This document shows, piece after piece, positions 6,820-16,739 of a stretch of DNA of 50,274 nucleotides. Both the position numbers and the translations under genes were made by a program. The notes below the pieces were generated by a model, which was not told where the DNA came from, did not search any database, and was given only the letters and a program-made list of their open reading frames with translations. The stretch lies in the IMG/VR virus record IMGVR_UViG_3300036945_000811. One strand, given 5' to 3'. This stretch comes from a virus. Every line of letters starts with the position of its first letter. Within the stretch, counting starts at the first letter, position 1.

Positions 6820-7245
6820 ATGGCTGATCCTATTTACATTCAGGTTACAGTTCCGACACCTATTGAATTACAAACCTCAACTCCTGCTCCTGTTGAAGTC
6901 AGCATTCCTGCGATTGGAATACAAGGTTTGAGTGCGTATCGAGTTGCTGTTGTCAACGGTTTTGTGGGCACGGAAGAACAGTGGTTGGTAAGCCTACAAT
7001 CGACTGTGCCCGGCGACCAAGGCATTCAGGGAGAACAGGGAGATCAGGGAATAAAGGGAGAACAGGGAGATCAGGGAATAAAGGGCGACGATGGTGCACA
7101 AGGCTTAAAAGGTGATACAGGGGAGGCTGGGAGCGACGCAAATGTGACAAGTATTAATATTCAATCAGCGTTAGGATTTGTTCCACAACCGGAAGGTGAT
7201 TACATTCTCAAAAGCGCAGCAATAGCGATGGCAGTAGCACTATGA
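6820..7245 (+). CDS. Collagen-like (Gly-X-Y) repeat protein, probable fibre component
   Basis: GDQGIQGEQGDQGIKGEQGDQGIKGDDGAQGLKGDTGEAG read from the ORF. Confidence 0.85.
   Translation: MADPIYIQVTVPTPIELQTSTPAPVEVSIPAIGIQGLSAYRVAVVNGFVGTEEQWLVSLQSTVPGDQGIQGEQGDQGIKGEQGDQGIKGDDGAQGLKGDTGEAGSDANVTSINIQSALGFVPQPEGDYILKSAAIAMAVAL
7030..7083 (+). repeat. Perfect 27-nt tandem duplication GGAGAACAGGGAGATCAGGGAATAAAG x2 inside the collagen-like gene
   Basis: Units at 7030-7056 and 7057-7083, in frame (GEQGDQGIK x2). Confidence 0.95.
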
Positions 7246-8318
7246 AAATAAGAATAACAAATTATAGTTTTTCAGCTTCAACAAAGCAGATAACCTTTTT
7301 GGATTATCCTGCAATTGGCATAACGCTTGATAGTGTGTTGTTGATTACTCATGCACCAAGCAACACGATTATCTACAATTTTGCTGATAGTGCGTTAGGT
7401 GGTACAGTAAGCGGCAATGTGCTGACTCTTAGTTATAACACAACGTTATTTTCCAATACTGATAAGCTGCTTATTTATTACGACGATGCAGAGAAAGATA
7501 TTTCAATACACGAAGATGTTTTCGGTAGTAAGCATCTTGATGACGGTAACGGGAACATAAGGACATCGGTTCAGAAGTATCTTGAAAGTCCAATTGCATT
7601 TAAAACGTTGAGCGGATTAGGTCGAGAGGTTGCTATTGATTGCACTGGTTACGCGACTGTGGTGGCTGAAATGAGCGGACTTATTGTTGGTACAATAATG
7701 TTTGAGGCTCTTTTGATGTCGGGTAACTGGATTTCAATAAATGGCGTGAATGCTTCATCAACGACAATGTTATCTCCATTTGTTTTTACAACAGCTGCAA
7801 ACGCTTATCCTTTGAGGTTTTCTGTATCGGGTTTCACTCGTTTGAGGATTCGGTTTTCATCTTATACGTCAGGATTATTGCAAGTAACACTCAAGGCAAC
7901 AACAGCTCCGATAGTTAACTACTGTACAACCTTGAGTGGGACAAGCGCAACTCAGGACACAGATACACCTCAGCTATACGGAGCAACGAACGCCGCTCCA
8001 ACAGCTTTGAATGGGGCAGCTTTAGTGCGTCCTTGGCAAGAACCGTTACCATTGCCACAACCATCACCTGTTTTACCAACAACATATCCAAATAATTATT
8101 TATCAAAGTTACCACAGTATTATTCAAGATTGAGAGTTGAGGCAGGCGGAGACCAAAAATTACCGTTAGCACAAGAACAGAATACCAACATTTTGAAAGT
8201 AACGGATGATGATAATTTTCAACTTTTAGAGGCTATTTTGTTTGAATTGAAAACACAAACATTAATAATGGCTGAGGCGTTTAACGTGTCACCACAAAAA
8301 GATTTAACAAACATTTAA
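7242..8318 (+). CDS. Hypothetical protein (358 aa), possibly a fibre/receptor-binding component
   Basis: ORF track; coupled (ATGA) to the collagen-like gene. Function inferred from position only. Confidence 0.6.
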   Translation: MKIRITNYSFSASTKQITFLDYPAIGITLDSVLLITHAPSNTIIYNFADSALGGTVSGNVLTLSYNTTLFSNTDKLLIYYDDAEKDISIHEDVFGSKHLDDGNGNIRTSVQKYLESPIAFKTLSGLGREVAIDCTGYATVVAEMSGLIVGTIMFEALLMSGNWISINGVNASSTTMLSPFVFTTAANAYPLRFSVSGFTRLRIRFSSYTSGLLQVTLKATTAPIVNYCTTLSGTSATQDTDTPQLYGATNAAPTALNGAALVRPWQEPLPLPQPSPVLPTTYPNNYLSKLPQYYSRLRVEAGGDQKLPLAQEQNTNILKVTDDDNFQLLEAILFELKTQTLIMAEAFNVSPQKDLTNI

Positions 8319-8329
8319 ATAAAAATATT

Positions 8330-8953
8330 ATGTACGTAGAAGGAAAAGTAGGAGTTCAGAATGTGTCTGATGGGTCACAGACTGTATTAAGAACTGACAA
8401 GACGGGTGTGCTTGTCACAACACAAGGACACGGTGGTTATACTGAAGCCGCTGTTCGTGGAACAATTATGGAGGTCTCAACTGCTGTTGCTGGCGTAGCT
8501 CCGGGAACCGTTCTATCAACAACTCCGCCGATAATTTTGTGGAATCCACCATCAAGCGGTAAGAACCTTGCGGTTCTGAAAGCATCGATGGGTTATCTAA
8601 GCGGTACACTTGGTGCAGGTTCAATACTGTTGGCTTATAACCCATCACAGGCTACCGTACCAACAACGGGCGCAGAGTTAACCCCAGTGTGTAGCTTACT
8701 TGGTTTTCCTCGTGGTGTAGGAAGGGTTTTTCAGGCTTCTACCATTTCAGCTACACCATTGATTTTGCGTGCCTTGTTTACTATGGGTGCGTTTGTTGGA
8801 ACTACAGCTTCAGTGCCAACCGATACCGTTGATGTTATTGATGGTTCAATTATCGTAACGCCGGGTACTTGCTTGGTTATGCAGGGCTTAGCTGGTGCTG
8901 GAACTTCACCGCTGGTACTTTTTGGTTTAACTTGGGAAGAAATTCCTGCTTAA
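8330..8953 (+). CDS. Hypothetical protein (207 aa), Gly/Thr/Val-rich beta-type
   Basis: ORF track; follows the fibre-like genes. Confidence 0.6.
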   Translation: MYVEGKVGVQNVSDGSQTVLRTDKTGVLVTTQGHGGYTEAAVRGTIMEVSTAVAGVAPGTVLSTTPPIILWNPPSSGKNLAVLKASMGYLSGTLGAGSILLAYNPSQATVPTTGAELTPVCSLLGFPRGVGRVFQASTISATPLILRALFTMGAFVGTTASVPTDTVDVIDGSIIVTPGTCLVMQGLAGAGTSPLVLFGLTWEEIPA

Positions 8954-8965
8954 TCAATACCTGAA

Positions 8966-9124
8966 ATGGGAATAATTGATGAAATACGCTCGCTGCTTAG
9001 TAACAAACTTGCTAAGCAGCAGCAAGAATTAGCAGCCGCCAAAGCCAATGGTGACTTTGGACAAATTGAAATACTTGAAAGGCATATTGAAGAGACAGAA
9101 GATGCAATAACAAAAGTGTCATGA
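8966..9124 (+). CDS. Small coiled-coil ORF (52 aa)
   Basis: Hand translation MGIIDEIRSLLSNKLAKQQQELAAAKANGDFGQIEILERHIEETEDAITKVS. Confidence 0.35.
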   Translation: MGIIDEIRSLLSNKLAKQQQELAAAKANGDFGQIEILERHIEETEDAITKVS

Positions 9125-9243
9125 CATGAAACAAATTTGGCTTAGAATTATGACCACGTTGCCGATGTGGCTATCAGCCGCAACGATTGCGAAGATATTA
9201 CAACGATTTGGCTATTTTTGGGCTTAATTTAAAAACAAAAATT

Positions 9244-9420
9244 ATGAATACTATCGAAGAAAAAGAAGAGCAAACCAAACCACAAAAGCAACATCCGAAC
9301 CAATTGAAATCTCAAGGTTACACAGGAGAAACTTGTCGCAACTATGGGTCAATGCGTGTACGGCAGAACGGTACGTGTAGCATGTGTGATGAATGTGGAA
9401 CAACGACGGGCTGTTCGTGA
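9244..9420 (+). CDS. Small zinc-ribbon protein (58 aa; internal Met of ORF 9187..9420)
   Basis: MNTIEEKEE...TCRNYGSMRVRQNGTCSMCDECGTTTGCS. The C-terminal pattern resembles the Cys-rich tail of class II ribonucleotide reductases (from memory). Confidence 0.5.
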   Translation: MNTIEEKEEQTKPQKQHPNQLKSQGYTGETCRNYGSMRVRQNGTCSMCDECGTTTGCS

Positions 9421-9872
9421 GTACTCTTTACCCACAAAATTTGTTACTGCGCTTTGCAGCCATTGTCGCCGAAGGAGAGCACCCTTACAAGGCGGCTTTG
9501 GCTGTTTTAGGTGAAACCGAGACGTCTCAAGCGTTGAGGGTGCATAAATTGTGGGCAAATGATCCTATTGTCATCAATGAGGTTAGCCGAATTAACAATA
9601 TTCTCGAAGACGGTGATGTGGGGTTGTCAAAGGTTGCTTTTCTTACAAAGTTGCTGGACACTCATAAAGAATTAAAAGATGGTAAAGATAAAATTGCTGC
9701 TTTACGGTTGTACGCAGAGGTTCGAGGATTTCTTAAAAAAGATGAGGGTGTTACGGTTAACAATGTAACCAATAAAGTTCTTGTTGTGAATAGTGCTGGT
9801 GCGGATGACGATTGGGAACGTAAAGTGCAACGCCAACAGTTACGTTTGATTCAAGGAGCGCAAGTTGCTTAA
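9417..9872 (+). CDS. terS: Probable terminase small subunit (151 aa from a GTG start)
   Basis: Sits immediately upstream of and overlapping the large terminase. The GTG at 9417 forms a GTGA overlap with the preceding stop. No diagnostic motif. Confidence 0.5.
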   Translation: MSTLYPQNLLLRFAAIVAEGEHPYKAALAVLGETETSQALRVHKLWANDPIVINEVSRINNILEDGDVGLSKVAFLTKLLDTHKELKDGKDKIAALRLYAEVRGFLKKDEGVTVNNVTNKVLVVNSAGADDDWERKVQRQQLRLIQGAQVA

Positions 9873-11451
9873 TATTGAGTCAAATTATAATTTACCGGAG
9901 AACACTGAAATTGTGTTTGAAGCTATTCCGGGCACTTCTCAAGAATTAGCTTTAGACAGTAGAGCGGATCACACCTTACTTGTGGGTACACGTGGTAGTG
10001 GTAAAACTGCTATACAGTTAATGCGATTCAGGAAGTACGTAGGACTTGGTTATGGTAAATATCTCACTGGTATCATCTTTGATAGAGAGTTTAAGAACTT
10101 AGGCGACCTTGAAGCACAGTCGAGAATCTTTTTCCCACAGTTTGAGGATGGATGCAGGTTTCTTTCTTCCGTGAGCGACTACATGTGGGTATGGCCTACA
10201 GGCGAAAGATTACTGTTCAGGCACATCAAAAAATTGGCAGATTACGATGGATTTCACGGTTGGAATACGCCATTTTTGGGTTTTAACGAGATGACGAAGT
10301 GGTATGACAGTGAATTATACGATAAATTCATGTCAATTAATCGTAACTCATTTGTTCCGGAGAAACATACTCCTACCAAAATAGTGAACGGTAAAAGGGT
10401 TTACGATACACCTGATGGAAAACCATTACCTCCGTTACCGAACCAAGTGTTTTCCACAACCAATACAATTGGTGTAGGAAGGTCTTGGGTTAAAAAAAGG
10501 TTTGTTGATCCAGCTCCTTACGGAAAACCAATTAAGACTTCATACAAAGTATTCTCAGCTCAAGAGAAAAAAGAAATAGAAGTTGTAAAATCACAGGTTT
10601 GTATTTTCAGTAGTTATACAGAGAACCCGTATCTTTCGATTGACTATATCGCATCGCTTCAAGAACTGACAAAAAATAACGAGAACCTCAGAAAGTCTTG
10701 GCTTGAGGGTTCGTGGGACGTGACTTCAGGTGGAGCACTTGATGACCTGTGGGACACTAACATTCACGTCATAAATCGCTTCCCTGTGCCAGCAAACTGG
10801 CGAGTGGATAGATCACTCGATTGGGGTTCAAGTAAGCCGTACGCTGTGATATGGTGGGCTGAGGCTGATGGTACTGAGGTTGTGCTTCCAGAGGGTGTGC
10901 TTGTTCACGGTCAGACGACTTTTTGTCCTGAGAAAGGATCGCTCATAGCCATTGCTGAACTGTACGGAACCAAAGAGATTGGCACGAACAAAGGCTTGGT
11001 TAGGTCTGCCAGTGATGTTGCGGATGATATTGTGGGTATGGAGCGTTCACTGCTTCAGTCGGGTTGGATTCAACAAAAACCTATTGCTGGCCCGGCTGAT
11101 AACTCAATCGGTAAAGTTGAAGATAAGAAACTCGATACGGTTGAAAAGTTGTTCAGTGACAAAGGTGTTCGTTGGATCAAATTCAACAAACCATCGGGTT
11201 CAAGAGAGATTGGACTTCAGATGGTTCGTGACCGATTAGAATGTTCTTTGAAAGGTGAGGGGAAAGGTATATATTTAATGCGAAATTGTAAAGCTGGAAT
11301 TGAAACAGTTCCTACTTTACCGAGAGATGAAAAGAATCAAGATGACGTTGACAGCGATGCAGAAGACCATTACTATGACAGTTTACGTTACAAGGTTTTA
11401 ACAGGCGGTAGAAGATTTGTTGGTAATATAAAAGTTACATTCCCCATATGA
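9865..11451 (+). CDS. terL: Terminase large subunit
   Basis: Walker A GTRGSGKT near the N-terminus; C-terminal nuclease-type SLDWGSSKPYAVIWWA; TTG start 6 nt after AAGGAG; followed by the portal gene. Confidence 0.9.
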   Translation: MLNIESNYNLPENTEIVFEAIPGTSQELALDSRADHTLLVGTRGSGKTAIQLMRFRKYVGLGYGKYLTGIIFDREFKNLGDLEAQSRIFFPQFEDGCRFLSSVSDYMWVWPTGERLLFRHIKKLADYDGFHGWNTPFLGFNEMTKWYDSELYDKFMSINRNSFVPEKHTPTKIVNGKRVYDTPDGKPLPPLPNQVFSTTNTIGVGRSWVKKRFVDPAPYGKPIKTSYKVFSAQEKKEIEVVKSQVCIFSSYTENPYLSIDYIASLQELTKNNENLRKSWLEGSWDVTSGGALDDLWDTNIHVINRFPVPANWRVDRSLDWGSSKPYAVIWWAEADGTEVVLPEGVLVHGQTTFCPEKGSLIAIAELYGTKEIGTNKGLVRSASDVADDIVGMERSLLQSGWIQQKPIAGPADNSIGKVEDKKLDTVEKLFSDKGVRWIKFNKPSGSREIGLQMVRDRLECSLKGEGKGIYLMRNCKAGIETVPTLPRDEKNQDDVDSDAEDHYYDSLRYKVLTGGRRFVGNIKVTFPI

Positions 11452-12926
11452 ATAATAATAACGCAAATGTAAAAATACCGTCACGTGAATTGAAACGGTT
11501 TCTTCCTTATTACACTCTGATTGATGATTGTCTTGGTGGAGAAATTGCTATAAAAGAAAAACGTGAATTGTATTTACCTATACCTAATGAAGATGCTGTA
11601 AATAGCAGTGTGAGATACGACTCGTATTTAACAAGAGCTGTTGTATTTAACGTGGCTTACAAAACATTAGCTGGTATTACAGGTCATGTTTATTTGAAAG
11701 ATGTTAATTATAAATTACCGACACTTCTTGGCATTTTTAAAAAAGATTGCACTGGTGAAGGGGTGTCTTTACCACAGTTGTCAAAACGAGCTATGCAGCA
11801 AGGTATGGCTAAAGGTATGGCTGGTATATTTGTAGATTTCCCATATACTGAGAATGCGATAACTGCTGACGATATTACTTCTGGTAAAATACAGCCTATT
11901 TTCAGGTTGTATGAAGCTCAAGAAATACTTGACATACGTGTTCGTAGTGAAAACGGAAAAGTTTTCATGTCGAAGGTTCGTTTAAAAGAATTTTATAGAG
12001 AGGACGAAGACGAGTACCTTGACATTTTAAAATACAGGTATAGGATATTACGTTTACAGAAAAACGAATTGACAGGTAACAACGAATTTACTGTTGAGAC
12101 TATAGAAGATTATAACTTAGAGTCTGAAGGTATCGTAACCCCTTTGAAATCAGACGGAACTCCATTTGATTTTATACCATTTTTTCCAATAGGTTCGGAG
12201 AATAACGACTCAAATAGAGATCATCCGCCAATGTACGATTTGTGCTCCGTAATGATCGGGCATTATCGTAACAGTGCTGACTATGAAGAATCGGTATTTG
12301 TGAACGGTCAACCGATGTTGGTTTATAGTGGTATTACTGAACAATGGAATACCGATGTTCTTGGTGGCAAAATAATGTTCGGGTCTCAGGGAAGTTTACC
12401 TTTACCAGAAGGCGGCGACGCTAAAATATTACAAGTTCAGCCAAATACACTCGCTTTTGAGGCAATGACTCATAAAGAAGATCAGATGTTGGCATTGGGT
12501 GCGAAGTTGGTTCAACAAAGTGTTAGTAACCGAAAAACTGCAACCGAAGCGGGCAATGAGGCTGCCAGTGAGATTTCGATACTCATCAATGTGGCGAAGA
12601 ACACATCTGACGCTTTCACAGCAGCTTTGCAATGCGCTTGTCTGTATGTTGGAGCCGATGAAACTGAAGTTGAATTTGAGTTACAGGCCGATTCTACTTT
12701 GGTGAAACTTGACCCACAGAAATTGTTGGCTTTGGTTAAATCATGGCAAGACGGTGCTATTTCCAGAACTGAGTTGCGATACAATCTTCGTAATGAGGGT
12801 ATCGCACACGGTGACGAGGACGCCGCCATTGCTGAGATTGAGAAAGAACAGAAGGATAAACAGGATTTGCAGGACAAACAAATGATGGCTAAACAAAAAC
12901 AAACAACAGGAGTGACAAATGCTTAA
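11448..12926 (+). CDS. Portal protein
   Basis: 492 aa, directly after terL with ATGA coupling; the N-terminal region looks like DUF4055-type portals (from memory). Confidence 0.8.
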   Translation: MNNNNANVKIPSRELKRFLPYYTLIDDCLGGEIAIKEKRELYLPIPNEDAVNSSVRYDSYLTRAVVFNVAYKTLAGITGHVYLKDVNYKLPTLLGIFKKDCTGEGVSLPQLSKRAMQQGMAKGMAGIFVDFPYTENAITADDITSGKIQPIFRLYEAQEILDIRVRSENGKVFMSKVRLKEFYREDEDEYLDILKYRYRILRLQKNELTGNNEFTVETIEDYNLESEGIVTPLKSDGTPFDFIPFFPIGSENNDSNRDHPPMYDLCSVMIGHYRNSADYEESVFVNGQPMLVYSGITEQWNTDVLGGKIMFGSQGSLPLPEGGDAKILQVQPNTLAFEAMTHKEDQMLALGAKLVQQSVSNRKTATEAGNEAASEISILINVAKNTSDAFTAALQCACLYVGADETEVEFELQADSTLVKLDPQKLLALVKSWQDGAISRTELRYNLRNEGIAHGDEDAAIAEIEKEQKDKQDLQDKQMMAKQKQTTGVTNA

Positions 12927-13602
12927 ACAAAAACTTAGTGATACTGAGTTTGTAGCTTTGAACGATGTTCTCAAAGCTGAGTACACAAAAAAAGAAGACG
13001 GTAGTTACTACCTTGAGACAGATGAGGCTAAGGAGTTGGTAAATGCCCTTCAGCGATTGAAAGAGGCTAATAAAGGTAACGAGGAAATGGTAGCTTCGAT
13101 TAACGCTCAGTTACGTGAAGCAAAAGAAGAAGCTGCTCGTAAATCAGGTGATATCGTTGCGATTGAGAATAGTTGGAAAGCTAAATCGAAAGCACAGAAA
13201 GAAGCCGACGAAGCTGAAAAGAGACAGTTGATGCAGGTGGCAAAAGAAGGTTACGTGAACTCGTTGCTCTCAAATATTGTGGGCAAATTTGCTCTTCCTG
13301 AAAAACATGTTCGTAGAGACTTTGAAGAACGAATTGAAGTTGTTTTTGAGAACGGCAGACCTGTACACCGTATTCTTGATAAAGACGGTAATGTGTCGGC
13401 ATTGACTATTGAAGACCTTGAAAAAGAATTTGTTGCAGATACGAATTATTCTAAATATATTATTGCAAGTAAGGCAAGTGGCTCCGCTGGAACACCCCCT
13501 CGCCGCACCGGAGATTCCGGTTCACAAAAATTGTATCACGAGATGTCTGTCGAGGAACAACAGGCTCATCTCGCAAGTAAACACAAACATTTACAGGGGT
13601 AA
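12919..13602 (+). CDS. Scaffolding protein (probable)
   Basis: 227 aa, highly charged Lys/Glu-rich helical sequence between the portal and capsid genes. Confidence 0.6.
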   Translation: MLKQKLSDTEFVALNDVLKAEYTKKEDGSYYLETDEAKELVNALQRLKEANKGNEEMVASINAQLREAKEEAARKSGDIVAIENSWKAKSKAQKEADEAEKRQLMQVAKEGYVNSLLSNIVGKFALPEKHVRRDFEERIEVVFENGRPVHRILDKDGNVSALTIEDLEKEFVADTNYSKYIIASKASGSAGTPPRRTGDSGSQKLYHEMSVEEQQAHLASKHKHLQG

Positions 13603-13608
13603 TAAATT

Positions 13609-14580
13609 ATGGCATTCAATTACAAAGTTTTTCTCGATTGGGCTGAAGGTCAGTATCAGGAGATGCTGCCTTATCAGATTGACATGTTTAACCAGAAGTC
13701 AATGGGTTGTTTGAACCTCACTGGTGGTAACTTCAGTGGCGGTACGATGACCAACACTTTCTGGCCGTTGGTTTCCAACATGGTTCACAAGCGGAACCTG
13801 TTCGACAAGGACGGTCTTAAGACCGATGTTGAGATCAGCAACGATCAGGAAAGTAAGATCAAAATTGCTGCCGGAACGGATCGGTTCATCACCCGTCCTT
13901 CGGATGCAGAGTACATTCAGATGGGTGAGCAGGTTGCAGGTATTCACTACGGCAATGCGATGTCTGAGTACATGGTCAAGGATATGGTTGATACGGCAAT
14001 CCTGATACTCCTTACTTGTATTGGCAAAGAAGGTACGACTCTCACTAAAGATATTACAGGCGATACTCCTGACACGCTTTCGCTTCGCGCATTGAATCGT
14101 ACTTCCGGTTTGTTTGGGGACGCTGAATCTCAGGTTCGATGCTGGATTACTCACAGTACGCCTTTCAACGACCTTATTGACAACAACCTTCAGAACACCG
14201 CAGTGTTGTTCAAGTTTGGTGATGTTATGATTCGTACCGATGCTTCAGGTAAACCATTCATCGTCACCGATGCTTCGTGGCTGAAATCCGCCGACGCTAC
14301 TCCGGTTTACTCAACGCTCGGCCTTGTGCCCGGTGCAGTGACCATTGAAGGGCCAAATGATTACCTGTCGGACGCACAGCGTTACAACGAGAAGAACAAC
14401 ATTTACGATGCCTTCACCTCGCAGTGGACGTACAATGCTCGTGTGAAAGGTTACTCTTGGAACGCTGGCAGCAACACCGTTGCTTCTCCTGACGACGCTG
14501 CACTTGGATCTGCTTCAAACTGGTTGAAGGTTCGTGCCAGTCATAAGCTGTTGCCCGGTGTTATTCTCAAAACCAACTAA
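13609..14580 (+). CDS. Major capsid protein (probable)
   Basis: 323 aa following the scaffold gene; the antisense ORFs inside it are spurious. Called from position and size. Confidence 0.7.
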   Translation: MAFNYKVFLDWAEGQYQEMLPYQIDMFNQKSMGCLNLTGGNFSGGTMTNTFWPLVSNMVHKRNLFDKDGLKTDVEISNDQESKIKIAAGTDRFITRPSDAEYIQMGEQVAGIHYGNAMSEYMVKDMVDTAILILLTCIGKEGTTLTKDITGDTPDTLSLRALNRTSGLFGDAESQVRCWITHSTPFNDLIDNNLQNTAVLFKFGDVMIRTDASGKPFIVTDASWLKSADATPVYSTLGLVPGAVTIEGPNDYLSDAQRYNEKNNIYDAFTSQWTYNARVKGYSWNAGSNTVASPDDAALGSASNWLKVRASHKLLPGVILKTN

Positions 14581-14589
14581 ACGATAATC

Positions 14590-14856
14590 ATGGACTCGAT
14601 TCTTTACTATACCGAAGCAAGCAACGCAACTGATGCAGAACTGCTTGAAATCAATACTTTGCGAAAAGCGGGTAACAATGTGGCCGTAAGAAACGGAGCA
14701 CTTCGTCCTGAAAACGCAAAGTCTTTTGAGATTAATTTTGATAAAGTAATGGAATCGGGTTCGGTTGTTAAAGTTGACGAAAAACCTAAAGTTGACAGCG
14801 AGCCGAAAGCTCCTGTTATTTCTACCAAACCATTTTTCATTAAGGAGAAAGCGTAA
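14590..14856 (+). CDS. Hypothetical head-module protein (88 aa)
   Basis: ORF track; sits between the capsid gene and the Ig-like protein gene. Confidence 0.55.
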   Translation: MDSILYYTEASNATDAELLEINTLRKAGNNVAVRNGALRPENAKSFEINFDKVMESGSVVKVDEKPKVDSEPKAPVISTKPFFIKEKA

Positions 14857-15380
14857 TGGCTTCAAAGAGAGTTCTATATTTTACGGCAGCAGCAGCTCCG
14901 ACTGTAGCTGAACAGGCCGCCATCGACAGACTTGCTGCTTTGGCGGTATCGGCTTACGATGTACAGGTTCGCAACGGTGCAGAAGACCTTGATTTTCTTG
15001 AAACTGCTGACTACGCTGCCGGAACCGTCCCGACGGAGTATAGCGCAGTACCTTTGTACGGCACGGATGGTAAGATTGATGCCGCACGTCCTCTATCTTT
15101 TGGTCTGTTTCCTGCGACCAAGACGCTTACGACAGGTCAGACTCTTCAGCTCAGTGCCATTAAAGCAACCGGGAATAGTGTCGATGCTGTTGCACAGTCT
15201 AATGTCACAGCCAGCACAGCCAACACGACCTATGTCAGCGCAACTACTGCGAAGGCTACTGTTTCTGCTGAAGGTCTCGTCACTTTCGTAGCTGCTGGTG
15301 GAACAAGCGTCATAACCGCCACTCACACATACGCGACAGGTAAGACTGTTACAGCAACAATGACTGTAACCACTGCGTAA
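14856..15380 (+). CDS. Ig-like (Big_2-type) domain protein, possibly capsid decoration
   Basis: C-terminal TLTTGQTLQLSAIKATGN...VTFVAAGGTSVITATHTYATGKTVTATMTVT is typical of bacterial Ig-like domains. Confidence 0.6.
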   Translation: MASKRVLYFTAAAAPTVAEQAAIDRLAALAVSAYDVQVRNGAEDLDFLETADYAAGTVPTEYSAVPLYGTDGKIDAARPLSFGLFPATKTLTTGQTLQLSAIKATGNSVDAVAQSNVTASTANTTYVSATTAKATVSAEGLVTFVAAGGTSVITATHTYATGKTVTATMTVTTA

Positions 15381-15907
15381 TGGCTCTGACTATTACAGTT
15401 GAGGATGGCTCTGGCGTTGCAAACGCCAATAGCTACATTTCGTTAACGGATGTAGATGCGTACTTCGGTGCGCGTCTGCACTCTACTGTTTGGACGAGTG
15501 CTGTTGAGGCGACCAAGAACATAGCTCTGGCTCAATCTGCAAGAACGCTCGACAACTATATTCAGTGGTACGGTATAAAAGCTGACACTGATTTTACGAT
15601 GCAATGGCCTCGTGTTGACATTTTTGAAAGGCAGATTGTAGACGGTGTTGAGACAGATGTTGAGCTTGTTGATATGGTTCCGCAGTGTGTGATTGATGCA
15701 CAGTGTGAACTTGCTATATGGTTATTGAGTAATGATGTTACGTCAGTCAGTGGCACTGAAGGCTTTAAGAAACTGAGTGTTGCGGGCGCAATCTCTTTTG
15801 AAGTTGACAATGGCACAAAACCATCACTCATTCCAGCGTTGGTATTTCAACTTGTGGGCAAATACGGTATGCGTAAAGGGTCTTACCCACAGGTGGTGCG
15901 AGCATGA
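15380..15907 (+). CDS. Head-tail connector/adaptor protein
   Basis: N-terminal ANANSYISLTDVDAYFGAR motif, typical of gp6-like head-tail connectors; position after the capsid genes. Confidence 0.6.
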   Translation: MALTITVEDGSGVANANSYISLTDVDAYFGARLHSTVWTSAVEATKNIALAQSARTLDNYIQWYGIKADTDFTMQWPRVDIFERQIVDGVETDVELVDMVPQCVIDAQCELAIWLLSNDVTSVSGTEGFKKLSVAGAISFEVDNGTKPSLIPALVFQLVGKYGMRKGSYPQVVRA

Positions 15908-16305
15908 GCCTTTCTTCAGCAATTCGTGCCGGGGTAAGTTCCGCGTTTAAAGCGGCTGGTGATATAAAAACCTCAGTTACTATAACAACAATTACAGGTG
16001 GTACGTATGATCCGGTTACTGAGACAACGACAGGTGCAACTACTGAAACTCAAACGATAGCCGAATGTATTGTGGGTAGTTTTACAGAGTTCGCTATATC
16101 TGGTTCTAATGGAAAAATATTGTTTAGTGATATAAAACTTATCGTAGAAACAGATAAATTGATTTACAATGTTTACAACGATTCTGTATTTACAATAAAC
16201 GGCGTTGATTACAAGATAGCAAATCCTGCGAATACTGGAAGGTCTGCTCAAGGTGTTAAAAGTGCAGCAGGTGACTTTGTGAGAGTTTATCAGTTGAGGG
16301 CGTAA
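15904..16305 (+). CDS. Head-tail joining protein (putative, 133 aa)
   Basis: Position and ATGA coupling only. Confidence 0.5.
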   Translation: MSLSSAIRAGVSSAFKAAGDIKTSVTITTITGGTYDPVTETTTGATTETQTIAECIVGSFTEFAISGSNGKILFSDIKLIVETDKLIYNVYNDSVFTINGVDYKIANPANTGRSAQGVKSAAGDFVRVYQLRA

Positions 16306-16739
16306 TGTCAGGTATCGAGTATAGCATAAATATCACGGGTTTTATTGAAAAGGCGATCGAAGAGCGTTTTCGATCTGTTGTGTTTGATGTGTGGAATCGT
16401 TTATCTGCGTATAGTCCCGGTGAGCCGGGCAGAGGACGGGCTACAGGACGAATGAAAGCTAATTGGCAGACTTCGATCAACAGCTACTCAAATTCGCCTA
16501 TTGAGCGTTTCTCGCTGGCTCCTACGGGTGTTCAGGATATGGGAGAATCTCAGGCTGAAGTTATTCGCACACTGGCTTCTTTAAAACTGAAAGACACTGT
16601 TTTTATTGTCAACAATGTTACGTACATTGAGCAGGTCGAACGAGGTTGGCTGAGGCCGACAAGCGGAGGAATCACACCTGGATATTTTCCAGTGGAAAGA
16701 ATGAAACAAGATATAGCATTGAAGTATGGCAACGGTTGA
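16305..16739 (+). CDS. Neck/tail-completion protein, HK97 gp10-like (putative)
   Basis: Position in the module; the VTYIEQVERG motif resembles the gp10 family. Confidence 0.5.
   Translation: MSGIEYSINITGFIEKAIEERFRSVVFDVWNRLSAYSPGEPGRGRATGRMKANWQTSINSYSNSPIERFSLAPTGVQDMGESQAEVIRTLASLKLKDTVFIVNNVTYIEQVERGWLRPTSGGITPGYFPVERMKQDIALKYGNG

Noticed and set aside
9126-9227. 33-aa hydrophobic mini-ORF (MKQIWLRIMTTLPMWLSAATIAKILQRFGYFWA)
   Set aside because: It is too short, has no SD or leader motif, and overlaps the upstream part of ORF 9187..9420. There is not enough evidence to call it.
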